DNA of 64,000 nt from the human T2T-CHM13v2.0 reference genome, Homo sapiens (GCF_009914755.1 NC_060944.1); one strand, 5' to 3'; shown: positions 32,514 through 53,043, counted from the stretch's first letter. Program-made: numbers and translations. The notes: generated by a model not told the origin, from the sequence alone.

Positions 32514-32689
32514 CTGTGAGTCAAAAAAAGAGAGAACATATTATTGTATTATTGATGATAATAGCTGATACGGCAAAGGAGAGCAGCCGACTTCCAAACC
32601 CACCCAGGACAGTTACAAATTTATCTCTAAGCACTACTATAAAAAGCCTCTTTCTATAAATCTTCAAAACCTCCCCAACAGCCTATTAC

Positions 32690-37660
<4,971 letters not shown>

Positions 37661-38335
37661 CTTGGCTGGGCACAGTGGTTCACACTTGTAATCCCAGCAC
37701 TTTGGGAGGCTAAGGTGGGCAGATCACCTGAGATCAAGAGTTTGAGTCTAGCCTGACCAACATGGTGAAACCCCATCTCTACTAAAAATACCAAAAAAAA
37801 AAAAATTAGCTGGGCGTGATGGTGGGCGCCTGTAATCCCAGCTACTAGGGGAGGCTGAGGCAGGAGAATCGCTTGAACCTGGGAGGCGGAGGTTGCAGAA
37901 AGCTGAGATGGTGCCACTGCACTACAATCTGGGAGACAGAGCGAGACTCCATCTCAAAAAAAAAAAAAATTACAGGAAAATAACTTCCAATTTATACTTC
38001 TATACCCAGTCAAACTAAATATATGTGTCAGAATAAGACGTTTTCTGATCTGCAAGCTTTAAAAAAAAAAAAAAAGTTACCTCCCATGTACTCTTTCTTG
38101 GGAGGCTACCAGAGAGTGTGCCCCAGGAAAAAGGAAGACAATTGAGGAAACAAGGTCTAAAACATGAGAAAAGAAAGAAAAATGCTCTGGATTTGGTGAA
38201 GAGAAGTCCCAAGAACTCAGCTGTATAGCAGACCTAGTAAGCAGCTAAACTAAACTGCTAAACTGCTAAACTGCAGTAGGGGAATGAAGGGCTTCAAATG
38301 ATTTCTTTAAAAAAAAAAAAAAGTTTTAGAATTTA

Positions 38336-38753
<418 letters not shown>

Positions 38754-38789
38754 AAAGGATGCACTATTATGCTAATGAAAGTCAAAAGG

Positions 38790-39103
38790 GTATATGTATA
38801 TATGTGTGTATATATGTATATATGTGTATATATGTCTATATATATGTATATACGTATATATGTGTATATATGTATATATGTATATGTATATATGTTTATA
38901 TGCATATATGTGTATATGTATATATGTTTATATGCATATATGTGTATATGTATATATGTTTATATGCATATATGTGTATATGTATATATGTTTATATGCA
39001 TATATGTGTATATGTATATATGTTTATATGCATATATGTGTATATGTATATATGTTTATATGCATATATATGTATATGTATATATATACAGGGTATATGT
39101 ATA
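38790..39103. repeat. TA/TG-rich minisatellite with six 32-bp units (GTTTATATGCATATATGTGTATATGTATATAT)
   Basis: GTTT recurs every 32 bp from 38894 to 39054. Confidence 0.93.
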
Positions 39104-40739
39104 TTTATCCTTCAATTTAAAAAATGGAAGAGGACTGTTTTTAACACTACAAAAAAATTATATAAAACAAATATAATTGTACAATATATGGCCCTGCTGT
39201 AAATAATAATGCTAACATCATAATGTAAATACTTAACAACAGCCAAAGCTGTGATATAACTACATTGGTAGACTAGTGGAGACGAGTAAGAAGGAATCGA
39301 ATGTGTGAATTAAATCCTAGTCTTTCAAGAGCGAAGAAAATAGATAGTATCTAAAAGTGAAAAGAAACAGCTTTATAACCATGTTATTTAGAAATACTGG
39401 CTCTCCTGTTTCCTGGATCCTTCTCTTGCAAAAGAAATAGCTAAGTATGGACACTGAACAGCATTAGGAGTATGGAACTTAGAGGTGCAAAGCAGGCAGG
39501 GCACTGCTGTTTTTTTGTTACAAGCTCCATGATACGCAGAGATCTAATCACAGTCCAAATATTTGACTTCACAAGCAATTTCTTTACTATTTATACATTG
39601 TCTTACAAGGCATGTACTCTCATTTAAAAATAATAATTTGGGGCTGGGCACAGCGGCTTACACTCATATCCTAGCACTTGGGAGGCCAAGGTAGGCCCAT
39701 TGCTTGATCCCAGGAGTTTAAGACCAGCCTGGGCAACATGGCAGAACCTTATCTCTACAAAAAAATACAAAAATGAGCTGCGTATGGTGGCATGCGCCTA
39801 TAGTCCCAGATACTCGGGAGGCTGAGGTGGGAGGATTGCTTGAGCCCAGGAGGCGGAGGTTTCAGTAGTTTTTTTTCACCACTACACTCCAGCCTGGGCA
39901 ACAGAGCAAGACCCTGTCTAAAAAAAAAAAAAAAAAATCATTAGAATTTTGTTTTCCTTGTGAACAGCTCAGCACTGTGACAAAAGTGCCACCATTCAGT
40001 CATCTTCCCAGTTGAATTACTGGCAGGTATCACATGGGTTTTCTCTTGAAGTACTTGTGGTTTAACAGTTTACAGCAGTGATAATCTCTTACATCATACC
40101 CTCTAAACTGTCAACCTGTTTAGCAAATATGACATTTCTAGACATTTACAGTTTCCACTGATTTTATTGTTTTTAAAAATAACTAAAGGCTAAATTCCAT
40201 GAAGATAACTGTGCATCTTATTTGTTTCTTTAATCCTAAATGTAAGACATCTAATGCCTCAAAATACCACACTAAATGCAAGGGTCTCGCGCAATCTCAC
40301 TGCAACCTCCGTCTCCTGGGCTCAAGTGATCCTCCCACCTCAGCCCTGCCCCCTTCCCCCTCCCAGCCCCCCACACCACCACCACTGCCACCAAGTAGCT
40401 GGGATTACAGGCACGCACCACCACGCCCGGATAATTTTTTGTATTTTTAGTAAAGATGGAGTTTCACCCATCTTGCCCAGGTTGGTCTTGAACTCCTGAG
40501 CTTAAAGAATCCGTCTAGCTCGGCCTCCCAAAGTGCTAGAATTACAGGTGTGAGCCACCGCACCCAGCCTAAATAGATATCTTACAGGATAATAAAGATA
40601 AAATACCTTGTTGGGTTATTCTGACAATACATGTTAACCACTGAATACTTTTGTGTCCTTTAATGGGGTATGATTCAGTAAAATTAGGAGCAAATTTAAG
40701 GGCTTGTGAATACGAAAACTTCCCATTGAAATGAATGGC

Positions 40740-40785
<46 letters not shown>

Positions 40786-40862
40786 GTGTGTATATATATA
40801 TGTGTATATATATATGTGTGTGTGTATATATGTGTGTGTATATATATATGTGTATATATATA

Positions 40863-40923
<61 letters not shown>
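40740..40923. repeat. Compound (TG)n/(TA)n microsatellite
   Basis: Direct reading. Confidence 0.95.
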
Positions 40924-41088
40924 GAATAAGACTTTATCCTAATCAGGAGTTTTTCAGTATCAAATTACCTTTGAAAAGCCAGGTAAGATTTGTTTGACTT
41001 AAATGCCTAGGTTTCATAAATACTAATGGTTAGAATGAGGCTAAAACAAGTAGTGCCTAATGAAATTTTTTTTAAAAGTTAGTGAATC

Positions 41089-41755
<667 letters not shown>

Positions 41756-43393
41756 TCATAAAGGAAGCAACGACTGCCATGTGGGAAATATAACAGCATC
41801 CCACAACCCAGTCTGTCACCAGATTGCCAAACTGAAGGGCATCCAGGGATGGCGGGTCATGACCTGTAATGTGAGCTGCACTATCCTAGAGCCCAGCGTT
41901 TACTCAGTCTATCCTTTCCTTCAACTCGTACTGATCATTTGGGGCCTTGTACGCCCATGGTAAGGAATCCAGAATTGATTCTATCAACTGCAATGAGATG
42001 AGGCTGGAGAGTTTTAAGCAAAGGATTTATAAGATCTGATTTGCATTAAGCATCAAATGTGCTGATGAATATGAAAAGGCTCAGTAAACTCCAAAGTATC
42101 ACCCCAGCATATTTTATTGCCTTGACAGAGGGCAGAACAAAACGAAGGGAAGAAAATAAAGCAAACTAAAATCCAAGTAGAATTGACCCATTACAAATTA
42201 TGTGGCCAGTAGTCATGACTCAGGCTTCCCTTATGCCCCATTTAGGGAGATGGAGAAGATCAGGTCTGATGGAAAAGGGAGAGGATTTTGGCTTTCGACA
42301 TACTAAGTTTGAGATGCCCATTAGACATCAAAGTGGAAATGCTAGAAGGCAATTGGATATACCTACCCATCCAGAGCTAAAAGGAGAAACACGAATGGAA
42401 ACAGAAACTTAGGATCCGTCAGCGTATAGAGCAATTATTAATAACAATACAAGCTAATCTTTATAGCAGTAAGCTATGTACTTATAGCTGAGAAAGTATG
42501 TTTCAGTCACTATTTTAAGTGCTTTATATGTACAACTCACTTGGTCCTCACCACAACCTTGGAAGGTCAGGTCCTATGATACTTACTTTACAAATAAATA
42601 AACTGAGGCATAAACAGATTAAATAACTTGCCTAAAGACACATAGTAAGTAAATACCAGAGCTAGGTTTCAAACCTAGGTAATCTGACTCTGGAACTCTT
42701 TAAAGCCATGAGATTGCTTGGCAAGTACAGACAGAAATTAGACTGAGGACACAGTATTTCAATTTAAGCAATTTCCTGAATATCAAATGGCTGGCAAGGT
42801 TTCAGGCTCTGCAGATACAATGAAAAATAAGACACAGTCTCTTCAGGAAGCCCAGTCTAATTAACTACTAGCTGAGAGCAACTATTTACTAAACAACTAT
42901 TCCTATATGCCACACTGGCTACGCTTTTAAAACATATTATTTCACTTAATCCTCCTAACAACTTTATGGGATAGATGTTATCATCACCTCTTTAGAAATA
43001 AGGAAACTGAAGTTAAGAGAGGTTAAATAACTTAATCTTGGTCACCCTGCTAGGATTCAATTCAGGTCCACCTTACTTTAAAATCTGATTTTTTTTTCCA
43101 AGGAAATTCCATCACATGCTATACCACAGATGATCCTTGAGGACATTATGTTAAGTAAAATAAGCCAGTCACAAAAAGACAAATACTGTATTACTATACT
43201 GGGGTTATCTAAAGTAGTCAAACTCACAAAAACAGAAAGGAGAAGAATGGTTACCAAGGACTGGGAGGGAGAAATGGGAAGTTGTTCAATGGTAGTTTCA
43301 GATTTGCAAGATGAAAAAGTTCTGGAAATCTGTTTCACAACAATGGGAATATACTTCACATTACTTAACTATACACCTTTTTTTTTTTTTTAA

Positions 43394-43540
<147 letters not shown>

Positions 43541-43915
43541 TAAATTTTATGTTTACATATATATATTTATATATGTATATAGTTTGAGGCAGGGTCTCAT
43601 TCTGTTGCCCAGGCTGCAGTGTAATGGTGTGATCATGGCTCACTGCAGCCTTGACTTGCCAGGCTCAAGCGATCTTCCCACCTCGGGTTCCTGAGCAGCT
43701 GGGACTACAGGCATGCATTTCCACACCTGGTTAATGTTTTTTTTTTTTTTTTGTAGTAGAGCTGGGGCTCCACCACACTGCCCAGGCTTGACTCAAACTG
43801 GCTCAGGTGATCATCCCATCTTGGTCTCCCAAAGTGCTGGGATTACACACATGAGCCAATGTACCTGGCCTATATTATATACAATGAAAAAATTTTGGCT
43901 AGGCGCAGTGGCTCA

Positions 43916-44170
<255 letters not shown>

Positions 44171-44704
44171 CTAAAAAATAAAAAATAAAAAATTTTTAAA
44201 TCTGGTCTTTTCCTACTATACCACATGCCATAACAGTATAAAAATATGGGTAATCTGGGCAACAGAGCAAAACCCTGTCTCTACCAAAGATACAAAAATT
44301 AATGGGGTGTGGTGGCACACGCCTGTAGTCCCAGCTACTAGGGAGGCTAAGGTGGGAGGATCACTTGAGCCCAGGAAGTTGAGCATGCCACTGCACTCCA
44401 GCCTGGGTGACAGAGCAAGATTCTGTCTCAAAAAAAAAAAGGGTAAGCAAATAACTTATTCTGCAGGATGGGAGAGAGGAGCGGAAGGGCACAGCATGGA
44501 ATAAATTAAAAAAAAAAAAAAAACTAAGAAAAGAAATATTTGAAAGATGAAGGTCCCCATTTTATCCTCACTATAGCTCCAGGCAGGGGGTCTCTATTTC
44601 AACCTCTGAAATAGCTCCCACACCTATATACAACCATCAGTTACCACAATAACCTGCCTGGCTTTTGTGGCTCCAGAATATTCCAGCAGCCTTGTATCTG
44701 GTGA

Positions 44705-45041
<337 letters not shown>

Positions 45042-46884
45042 TAAGTCATTCAGCACTGGAAACAAATTAAGTTGCCTAAATTGCCTCATTTATCATGCTA
45101 AAGAACTTCTGTGGCTCCCTATTATTCTCAGAACACTGATTATCAGGATGGGTGTTTAGGAACATATCACCTAACCTCTCTGAGCCTCAGTTTCCTCATC
45201 CATATTAAGAAATGAGTCTTGAAGCATAACTCAAAAGCTTGAGGATTAAAGATAACATATGCCTTGTACCGTACTTTTTCTAAAGTTATGTGCTCACTAA
45301 AAGTTAGTCCTCTTTCTGCCTGTCTCTACACACCCAGCTCGGTAAGGTATCTTAGCTTAAGAAGGAAAGAGCAAGTATTTCTAGGATTTTTTTTTTTTTT
45401 TGAGACAGGGTCTCACTCTGTCAATCTCCGCCTCCCAGGCTCAGGTAATCCTCCCACCTCAGCCTCCCCACAGGCACACACCACCACCATGCCCGGCTAA
45501 ATTTTTGGAGACACAGGATTTTGCCGTGTTGCCTGGGCTGGTCTCGAATTCCTGGATTCAAGCGATCTGCCTGCCTCGGCCTCCCAAAGTGCTGGGATTA
45601 CAGGGTCTTAAGTCAGGTCTTAAGAACACAAGGGGGAAAAAGGCTGCTCATCTATGGTTGTGTGATGGCCAGGAAAACATTTCTCACTCACAACTGCTCC
45701 TTTCGTCCACAGTCCTCCATACACACAGACCCCCTAGCCTTTATTTTATTCTATCCTTTTCGTCATTTGAGGAAGTGATATTCAAATTAAATTTAAATAA
45801 AGTTACACTGTGAAAAGTCTCACTCCCATTTTCTCCCCCTTTAGCCCAATTCCCACCTCACTCCCACCAACCACTTTATCAGTTTCTTGAGTATCCTTCA
45901 AACTTTTTATGAAAAAGCTGTCTTTAAATAAAGCTAATGTTTTACAGGTGTTAGCAAGGTTCGGGGTGGGGGAGGGTGGAAGAAGTAGTGGACTAGGTCC
46001 TATTCAACCTGGTTTACCCTAAAGCAGTGTCCTTCGCTCACTCAAAAATAACAATAATCATATGTTGGGCACCTGTTATAAGTCAGATGCTTAATATTAA
46101 CTACCTTCAGCCCTTAGTATGCACCAGAAATGCACTAATGCTTTACACAATTGCCCCCTTTGATCTCCACAACAATCTTAAAAGGTAGGTTACTAATTCT
46201 CATCTTCATCTTACAAGTGAGGAAACTGAGGCACAGAAAGGTCACCTGCCCAAGCAAGAGAGAGGAGCAGGGCTTTGAACCCAGGCCTGACTCCAGAGTC
46301 CCTCTTAACCGTGACGCTCTACACTAGCAAACCAGATATAGTCTCTGCACCCGCTGGAACTCAGCCTAATGTGGGAGACGGGCGAGAAAAAGGCAGACAA
46401 CAAAGAAATACGAAATTATAGACTAAGAAAGTAATGTAAACGAAACGAATTCGCGGCTGTGACAGAATAACAATGGGGACCTACTTTAGAAAGGGGAAGG
46501 AAAGAGTGTCAAGGAAAGGCCTGAGAAAATGACATTTATGAAATGCTCGGGAACCATTTGGGGGCTGCAATGATGACCCCCTCCCCCACGCCCAATACAC
46601 GGGATAAACTCGAGGCCCACAGAGGCTAAAACAAACACGACAGGGTCCCCCAGACGTGTAGACGTGGCGCAAAGAAGGGAGGATCCAGAAACTGGGCCCA
46701 GGGTTCGTACACGCCATCAGTGTCCACAGCAGCCCAGCCCCGCTCGGCCCCTGACAAGGGACATCAAGCCAGCTGCTTCCCACGGCCCCGCTGCAGCTGA
46801 GAGCGTCCGGGCAGCTCACAGGGAGGCCTTCCGGCCAGCCAAAAGGGCTTTGGCCCGTCCAGCGGCGGCCTGGAAAGGCCTCTT

Positions 46885-46933
46885 CCCCGGCCCCCCGCCA
46901 GCTCCCGCCTGGTCCGCCCCGCCCCGCCCCTCC
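46885..46933 (-). promoter_or_regulatory. GC boxes / G-run cluster (G-quadruplex-capable) at the start of intron 1
   Basis: Minus strand GGAGGGGCGGGGCGGGGCGGACCAGGCGGGAGCTGGCGGGGGGCCGGGG, about 17 nt after the exon 1 donor. Confidence 0.65.
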
Positions 46934-46949
46934 TGGTCCAGCCTCGTAC

Positions 46950-47117
46950 CTGCACCGCCCGGACCAGGCCCCGGCCGGTCAGCTGGCCCTGCCGCAGCTG
47001 CAGCAGAATGTTACCAGGCCGCGGCCGGCCGCCCCATCCGCCCCAAGCCGCCACTGTGGCTGCCGACCGTCTCCCTCGGCCGGCTCCAGACCCAGCCGCT
47101 ACCGGCGCCGCCGCCAT
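46950..47117 (-). CDS. TRPC4AP: TRPC4AP coding exon 1 (codons 1-56, MAAAPVAAGSGAGRGRRS...GLVRAVQ)
   Basis: ATG at 47117-47115 in context GACATGG; translation matches the recognised TRPC4AP/TRUSS N-terminus; ends CAG|gtacga; 168 nt, phase 0; inside a CpG island. Confidence 0.97.
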
Positions 47118-47264
47118 GTCTCCTCGTCGGACAAACAGGAAGCAAGCGGCCTCGGGGCCGCGGAGATTTCTACGGGGCGGCGGAGGGGTCGCCGCAGCGC
47201 CCCCAGTGGGCCGTCGGCGGAGGCGCAAGCCGCGTGGCAGGGACCGTGTGCGGCGTGGAGGCTA

Positions 47265-47280
47265 CTGGGAATTGTAGTCC
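47265..47280 (-). promoter_or_regulatory. ZNF143/THAP11-HCFC1 (SBS / ACTACA) motif
   Basis: Minus strand reads GGACTACAATTCCCAG, matching the ACTACAnnTCCCA consensus, about 150 bp upstream of the ATG. Confidence 0.85.
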
Positions 47281-47476
47281 TGCGCGGCAGCGGGGTAGGT
47301 GGGAAAAGAGATGTGGCCTTTCCTGCACTGCCGGTTTCTCTGGCCCCCGGGCCCAGCATTTCGGCGAAATCTCCCAAGGTCCACATTCTCCCATTTCTCT
47401 CGCCGATTTGGGCAGGATGCAGGCAGCTGGCCAAGAAATGATCCTGGGCTTCAGGTCAGGAGTCAGGCCCTCGAGT

Positions 47477-47511
47477 CCGCTTCCTGCCTGCTTCTCTCTA
47501 CACGTGACTCA
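47477..47511. promoter_or_regulatory. ETS site plus overlapping E-box (CACGTGAC) and AP-1 (TGACTCA) motifs
   Basis: CCGCTTCCTG at 47477-47486, CACGTG at 47501-47506, TGACTCA at 47505-47511; motif match only. Confidence 0.55.
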
Positions 47512-48229
47512 CCGCGGACATCGACCAAGTCATCGCGCTCTGCCACTGCGCCTGTGTCCTCGTCAGGTCACTCCATCTATAGATTCTGGGAGCCTGATCA
47601 ATCGTAGTTCCTGGGGCTTTCTCTGCGCCCGACACCAAACCATGTCTAGGGGAAAGGGAGGGTGTCTGGGATACAGTGGTGAGCAGAACGGCCTGGGATC
47701 CTTTATCACGAAATGCAGGTTACAGGGGAAGACAGCAGATCCATACACAAAGAAACGCAGTCTCAAACTGGATAAGTTGTGTAACTGGATAGGTTGTTGT
47801 GAAATTAAATAATGGAAGGGAAAGGGATTAGTAAATTGTGACATCATATTCTCTGTCAGATGAAAACCCTGTCCTAATTTCTATCCACCAGATAGCATGT
47901 TGTCTCTAATACTCATTTTTTCAGCTAACTTCTGTGGCAGGATGGCACTGACTCCCCCCACCCAACACACACACACTTTTTCCCTTCCTAGCAGGGGGCC
48001 TGTAATAAAAATGAAAGAGGAGAGCTAAGTGTGATGTAACAGGGAATGGTGAAGATTGTGACTCATAACTAAGATGACTGTAACTTACTGCTCAAACCAG
48101 AACACTTTAAAGAATGAAAAGACACAATAAATAATTACACCGGGACGGTAGGCATAAAAGTGACTCTCCCAGGTGAACTGGCACTATGGTTACCATCCTC
48201 ACACCCCATCTAAAAGGAGTAGACTCACC

Positions 48230-48604
48230 ATCCATCTTCATAGAACTAGAAAAAAGAATCCTAAAAATCATATGGAACCAAAAAAGAGCCTGCATGTCCA
48301 AAGCAAGACTAAGCAAAAAGAATAAATCTGGAGGCATCACATTACCTGACTTCAATCTATACAATAAGGCCATAGTCACCCAAACAGCATGGTACTGGTA
48401 TAAAAATAGGCACATAGACCAATGGAACAGAATAGAGAACACAGTATAAAACCAAATACTTATAGCCAACTGATCTTCGATAAAGCAAACAAAAACATAA
48501 AGTGGGGAAAGGACACCCTATTCAACAGCTGGTGATAACTGGCAAGCCACATGCAGAAGAATGAAACTGGATCCTCATCTCTCACATTATACAAAAATAA
48601 ACTC
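48230..48604 (+). mobile_element. L1 ORF2 fragment (L1PB/L1MA-like)
   Basis: [18 protein letters not shown]...GGITLPDF...[17 protein letters not shown]. Confidence 0.85.
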
Positions 48605-48689
48605 AGCCGGGTGCAGTGGCTCACACCTGTAATCCCAGTGGCTCACACCTGTAATCCCAGCACTTTGGGAGGCCGAGGTAGTCAGATCA

Positions 48690-49835
<1,146 letters not shown>

Positions 49836-50472
49836 TCATAACTTTTTGCACCAGCTATGTATCATTTCTAGATTCAAGAAAAAAAAGTCTTCTAATATGT
49901 GAAATTAACTTTAAAAAGACATAAAAAGAAAAGGCATTTCCAGGGATACAAACAGGGCATTGGTGAGCTGTCCGGGCAGCAGCCAGCCTTACCAGGGAAT
50001 CCACAGCCCAGGGATTCCACCCAGAGCTCTTCCTGAGGCATATGGTGATGGATATTCTCACCCTTGTCGCGGTGAGGAGACAGGATCCTGACTAATTTCA
50101 CAGTTCACATGGCCCTCCAGGTTTCCCTTGGCACTCATCATGCTAGGGACAAATCTTCCCACCTCAGCTTTGACCCAACTGCAAATGTCACTTTCCATTC
50201 CTCAGTTCCTATCTTTGTCAGTCTAGCCTGGCCCAGGCATTCACCAAAGCTGGGTATTCACTGGGTCAAAAATGACAACCTCAAATTCAGTCCTTACAGA
50301 TACCATGTGACCATGAAGTAAGGGGACATGTTTCCAGAAACCTCTGTGGAAAGACACTCTTTTCCACTTCACCTCTGCTCTGCCAGCCTTTTCCGTAGAA
50401 ACTAGCTGAGGCTAGGCGCGGTGGCTCAGGCCTGTAATCCCAGCACTTTTGGAGGCCGAGGCGGGCAGATCA

Positions 50473-50766
<294 letters not shown>

Positions 50767-51556
50767 TCAATTTTAATCAGCACTAGAAAAAAAATGAAGC
50801 TCCCAAACTGGCTAATTTTTTTTCCACCGTAATCCCAAATGGCTTAACCAAACATGATGATGCTATTCAGAGAACATTAACTCTTGTAAATAAATCGCCA
50901 AACTCATCTCAATTGGGCAGACAGATTTTCTGGGACTTTTTTTTTTTTTTTTTTTTTTTTGAAGTCTTGCTCTGTGGCCCAGCCTGGAGTACAGTGGTGT
51001 GATTATAGCTCACTGCAGCCGCCAAGCTCCTGGGCTCAAGCAATCCTCCCGCTTCAGCCTCCCAAAGTGCTGGGATTACAGGCATGAGTCATGGCACCCT
51101 GCCAAGAAGTCACTTTAATCAAAGCAACTGGCACTGTTATATCAGGCCATGGTAACAGCTGTCCCATGCAACTATGCATTGTCCTGTGGTGTCATTTTTT
51201 ACAGTGATTTTTTTTTACATTACATTTCTAATGTACAACCTCTCCATGATTTGTCTTTTAAATGTTTGTTAAGTACTATCTTATGTGCCAGGCACTGTTA
51301 TAGGTGCTGTGGATATTGTGCTAAATAAAATAAACAAAATTTCCTGCCCTCATGGGGCTTATACTTCTGGGTAAGATCTACCCTTTATTGAGCACTTACC
51401 ATTGGCCAAGCACTTTCTTTGCACTATCTTATTATTCTCGCAGCATTTTTGGGGAAGTTTTTCAAATCTACAGAAAGTTAAAAGATACACCATTAACACT
51501 CATATACCCTTTGCTTAGACTTGTCAGCTACTAAAACTATATTTTATCTTTCTCTC

Positions 51557-52663
51557 TGTGTATATATACACATATATGTACACATGTGTGTATATATACA
51601 TATACATATATACACATGTGTGTATATATACATATACATATACACACGTGTGTATATATACATATACATATATACACATGTGTGTATATATACATATACA
51701 TATATACACATGTGTGTATATATACATATACATATATACACATGTGTGTATATATACATATATACACACGTGTGTATATATACATATATACACATGTGTG
51801 TATATATACATATATACATATATACACATGTGTGTATATATACATATATACACATGTGTGTATATATACACATATACACATGTGTGTATATATACACATA
51901 TACACATGTGTGTGTATATACATATATACATATACACACATGTGTGTGTATATACATATACACACATGTGTGCGTATATACATATACACGCGTGCGTATA
52001 TACATATACACGCGTGCGTATATACATATACACGCGTGCGTATATACATATACACGCGTGCGTATATACATATACACGCGTGCGTATATACATATACACG
52101 CGTGCGTATATACATATACACGCGTGCGTATATATACATATACACGCGTGCGTATATATACATATACACGCGTGCGTATATATACATATACACGCGTGCG
52201 TATATATACATATACACGCGTGCGTATATATACATATACACGCGTGCGTATATATACATATACACGCGTGCGTATATATACATATACACGCGTGCGTATA
52301 TATACATATACACGCGTGCGTATATATACATATACACGCGTGCGTATATATACATATACACGCGTGCGTATATATACATATACACGCGTGCGTATATATA
52401 CATATACACGCGTGCGTATACACATATATACACATGTGTGTATATATACATATATACACATGTGCGTATACACATATATACACATGTGCCTATATACATA
52501 TATACATATATGTGTATATATACATATATACATATGTGTATATATACATACACATATATACATATACGTACATATGTGTATATATACATATACATACATA
52601 TATATGTGTATATATACATATATACACATACATATATGTATATATACATATATGTATATATAC
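51557..52663. repeat. ~1.1-kb alternating purine-pyrimidine VNTR with a homogeneous core of 22-bp then 24-bp units (TATA(TA)TACATATACACGCGTGCG)
   Basis: 19 CACGCGTG copies from 51987 to 52414, spaced 22 bp (6 intervals) then 24 bp (12 intervals); flanks use CACATGTG units. Confidence 0.96.
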
Positions 52664-53043
52664 AGCTCTTTCCATATATGTATCTCTCTCTATACTTCAT
52701 TTATACGTAGAGAGGGTTTGTGTTAGTTTTGCTAAACATTTTTTTTTTTTTAGACAGGGTCTCGCTCTGTTGCCCAGGCTGGAGTGCAGTGGCACGATCA
52801 TAGCTCACTGTAGCCTTGGGCTCCTGGGCTCAAGGGATCCTCCCATCTCAGCCTCTCAAAGTGTTGGGATTACAGATGTGAGCCACTGCACCCATCCTGC
52901 TAAGCCATTTTTTGCTAAACCATTTGAAAGTAAATTGTAGATATTATGACACTTCACCTGCATATTTTAGAATGTATCTCCTAAGATCAAGGACATGCTC
53001 CTAAAAACTATGATACCATCACACCCAAGAAATTTAATATTGA

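Larger units (their letters stand above)
46580..47640. promoter_or_regulatory. TRPC4AP: CpG island / TATA-less promoter of TRPC4AP
   Basis: Very high GC and CpG density spanning exon 1, against CpG-depleted surroundings; boundaries approximate. Confidence 0.93.

Noticed and set aside
47118-47228. In-frame 37-codon extension upstream of the TRPC4AP ATG
   Set aside because: Starts at TTG, probably upstream of the main transcription start, and is explained by GC richness; would need CAGE and ribosome-profiling support
46664-47812. 382-aa plus-strand ORF antisense to exon 1
   Set aside because: Begins at GTG, has low-complexity P/A/R/G composition, and long stop-free frames are expected in CpG islands; no recognisable domain
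51987-52414. CRISPR-like regular array
   Set aside because: Units are contiguous tandem copies without unique spacers; eukaryotic context with no cas genes
51521-52940. Several 300-460 aa ORFs on both strands
   Set aside because: Translations of the TA/CA VNTR; strict purine-pyrimidine alternation cannot form stop codons
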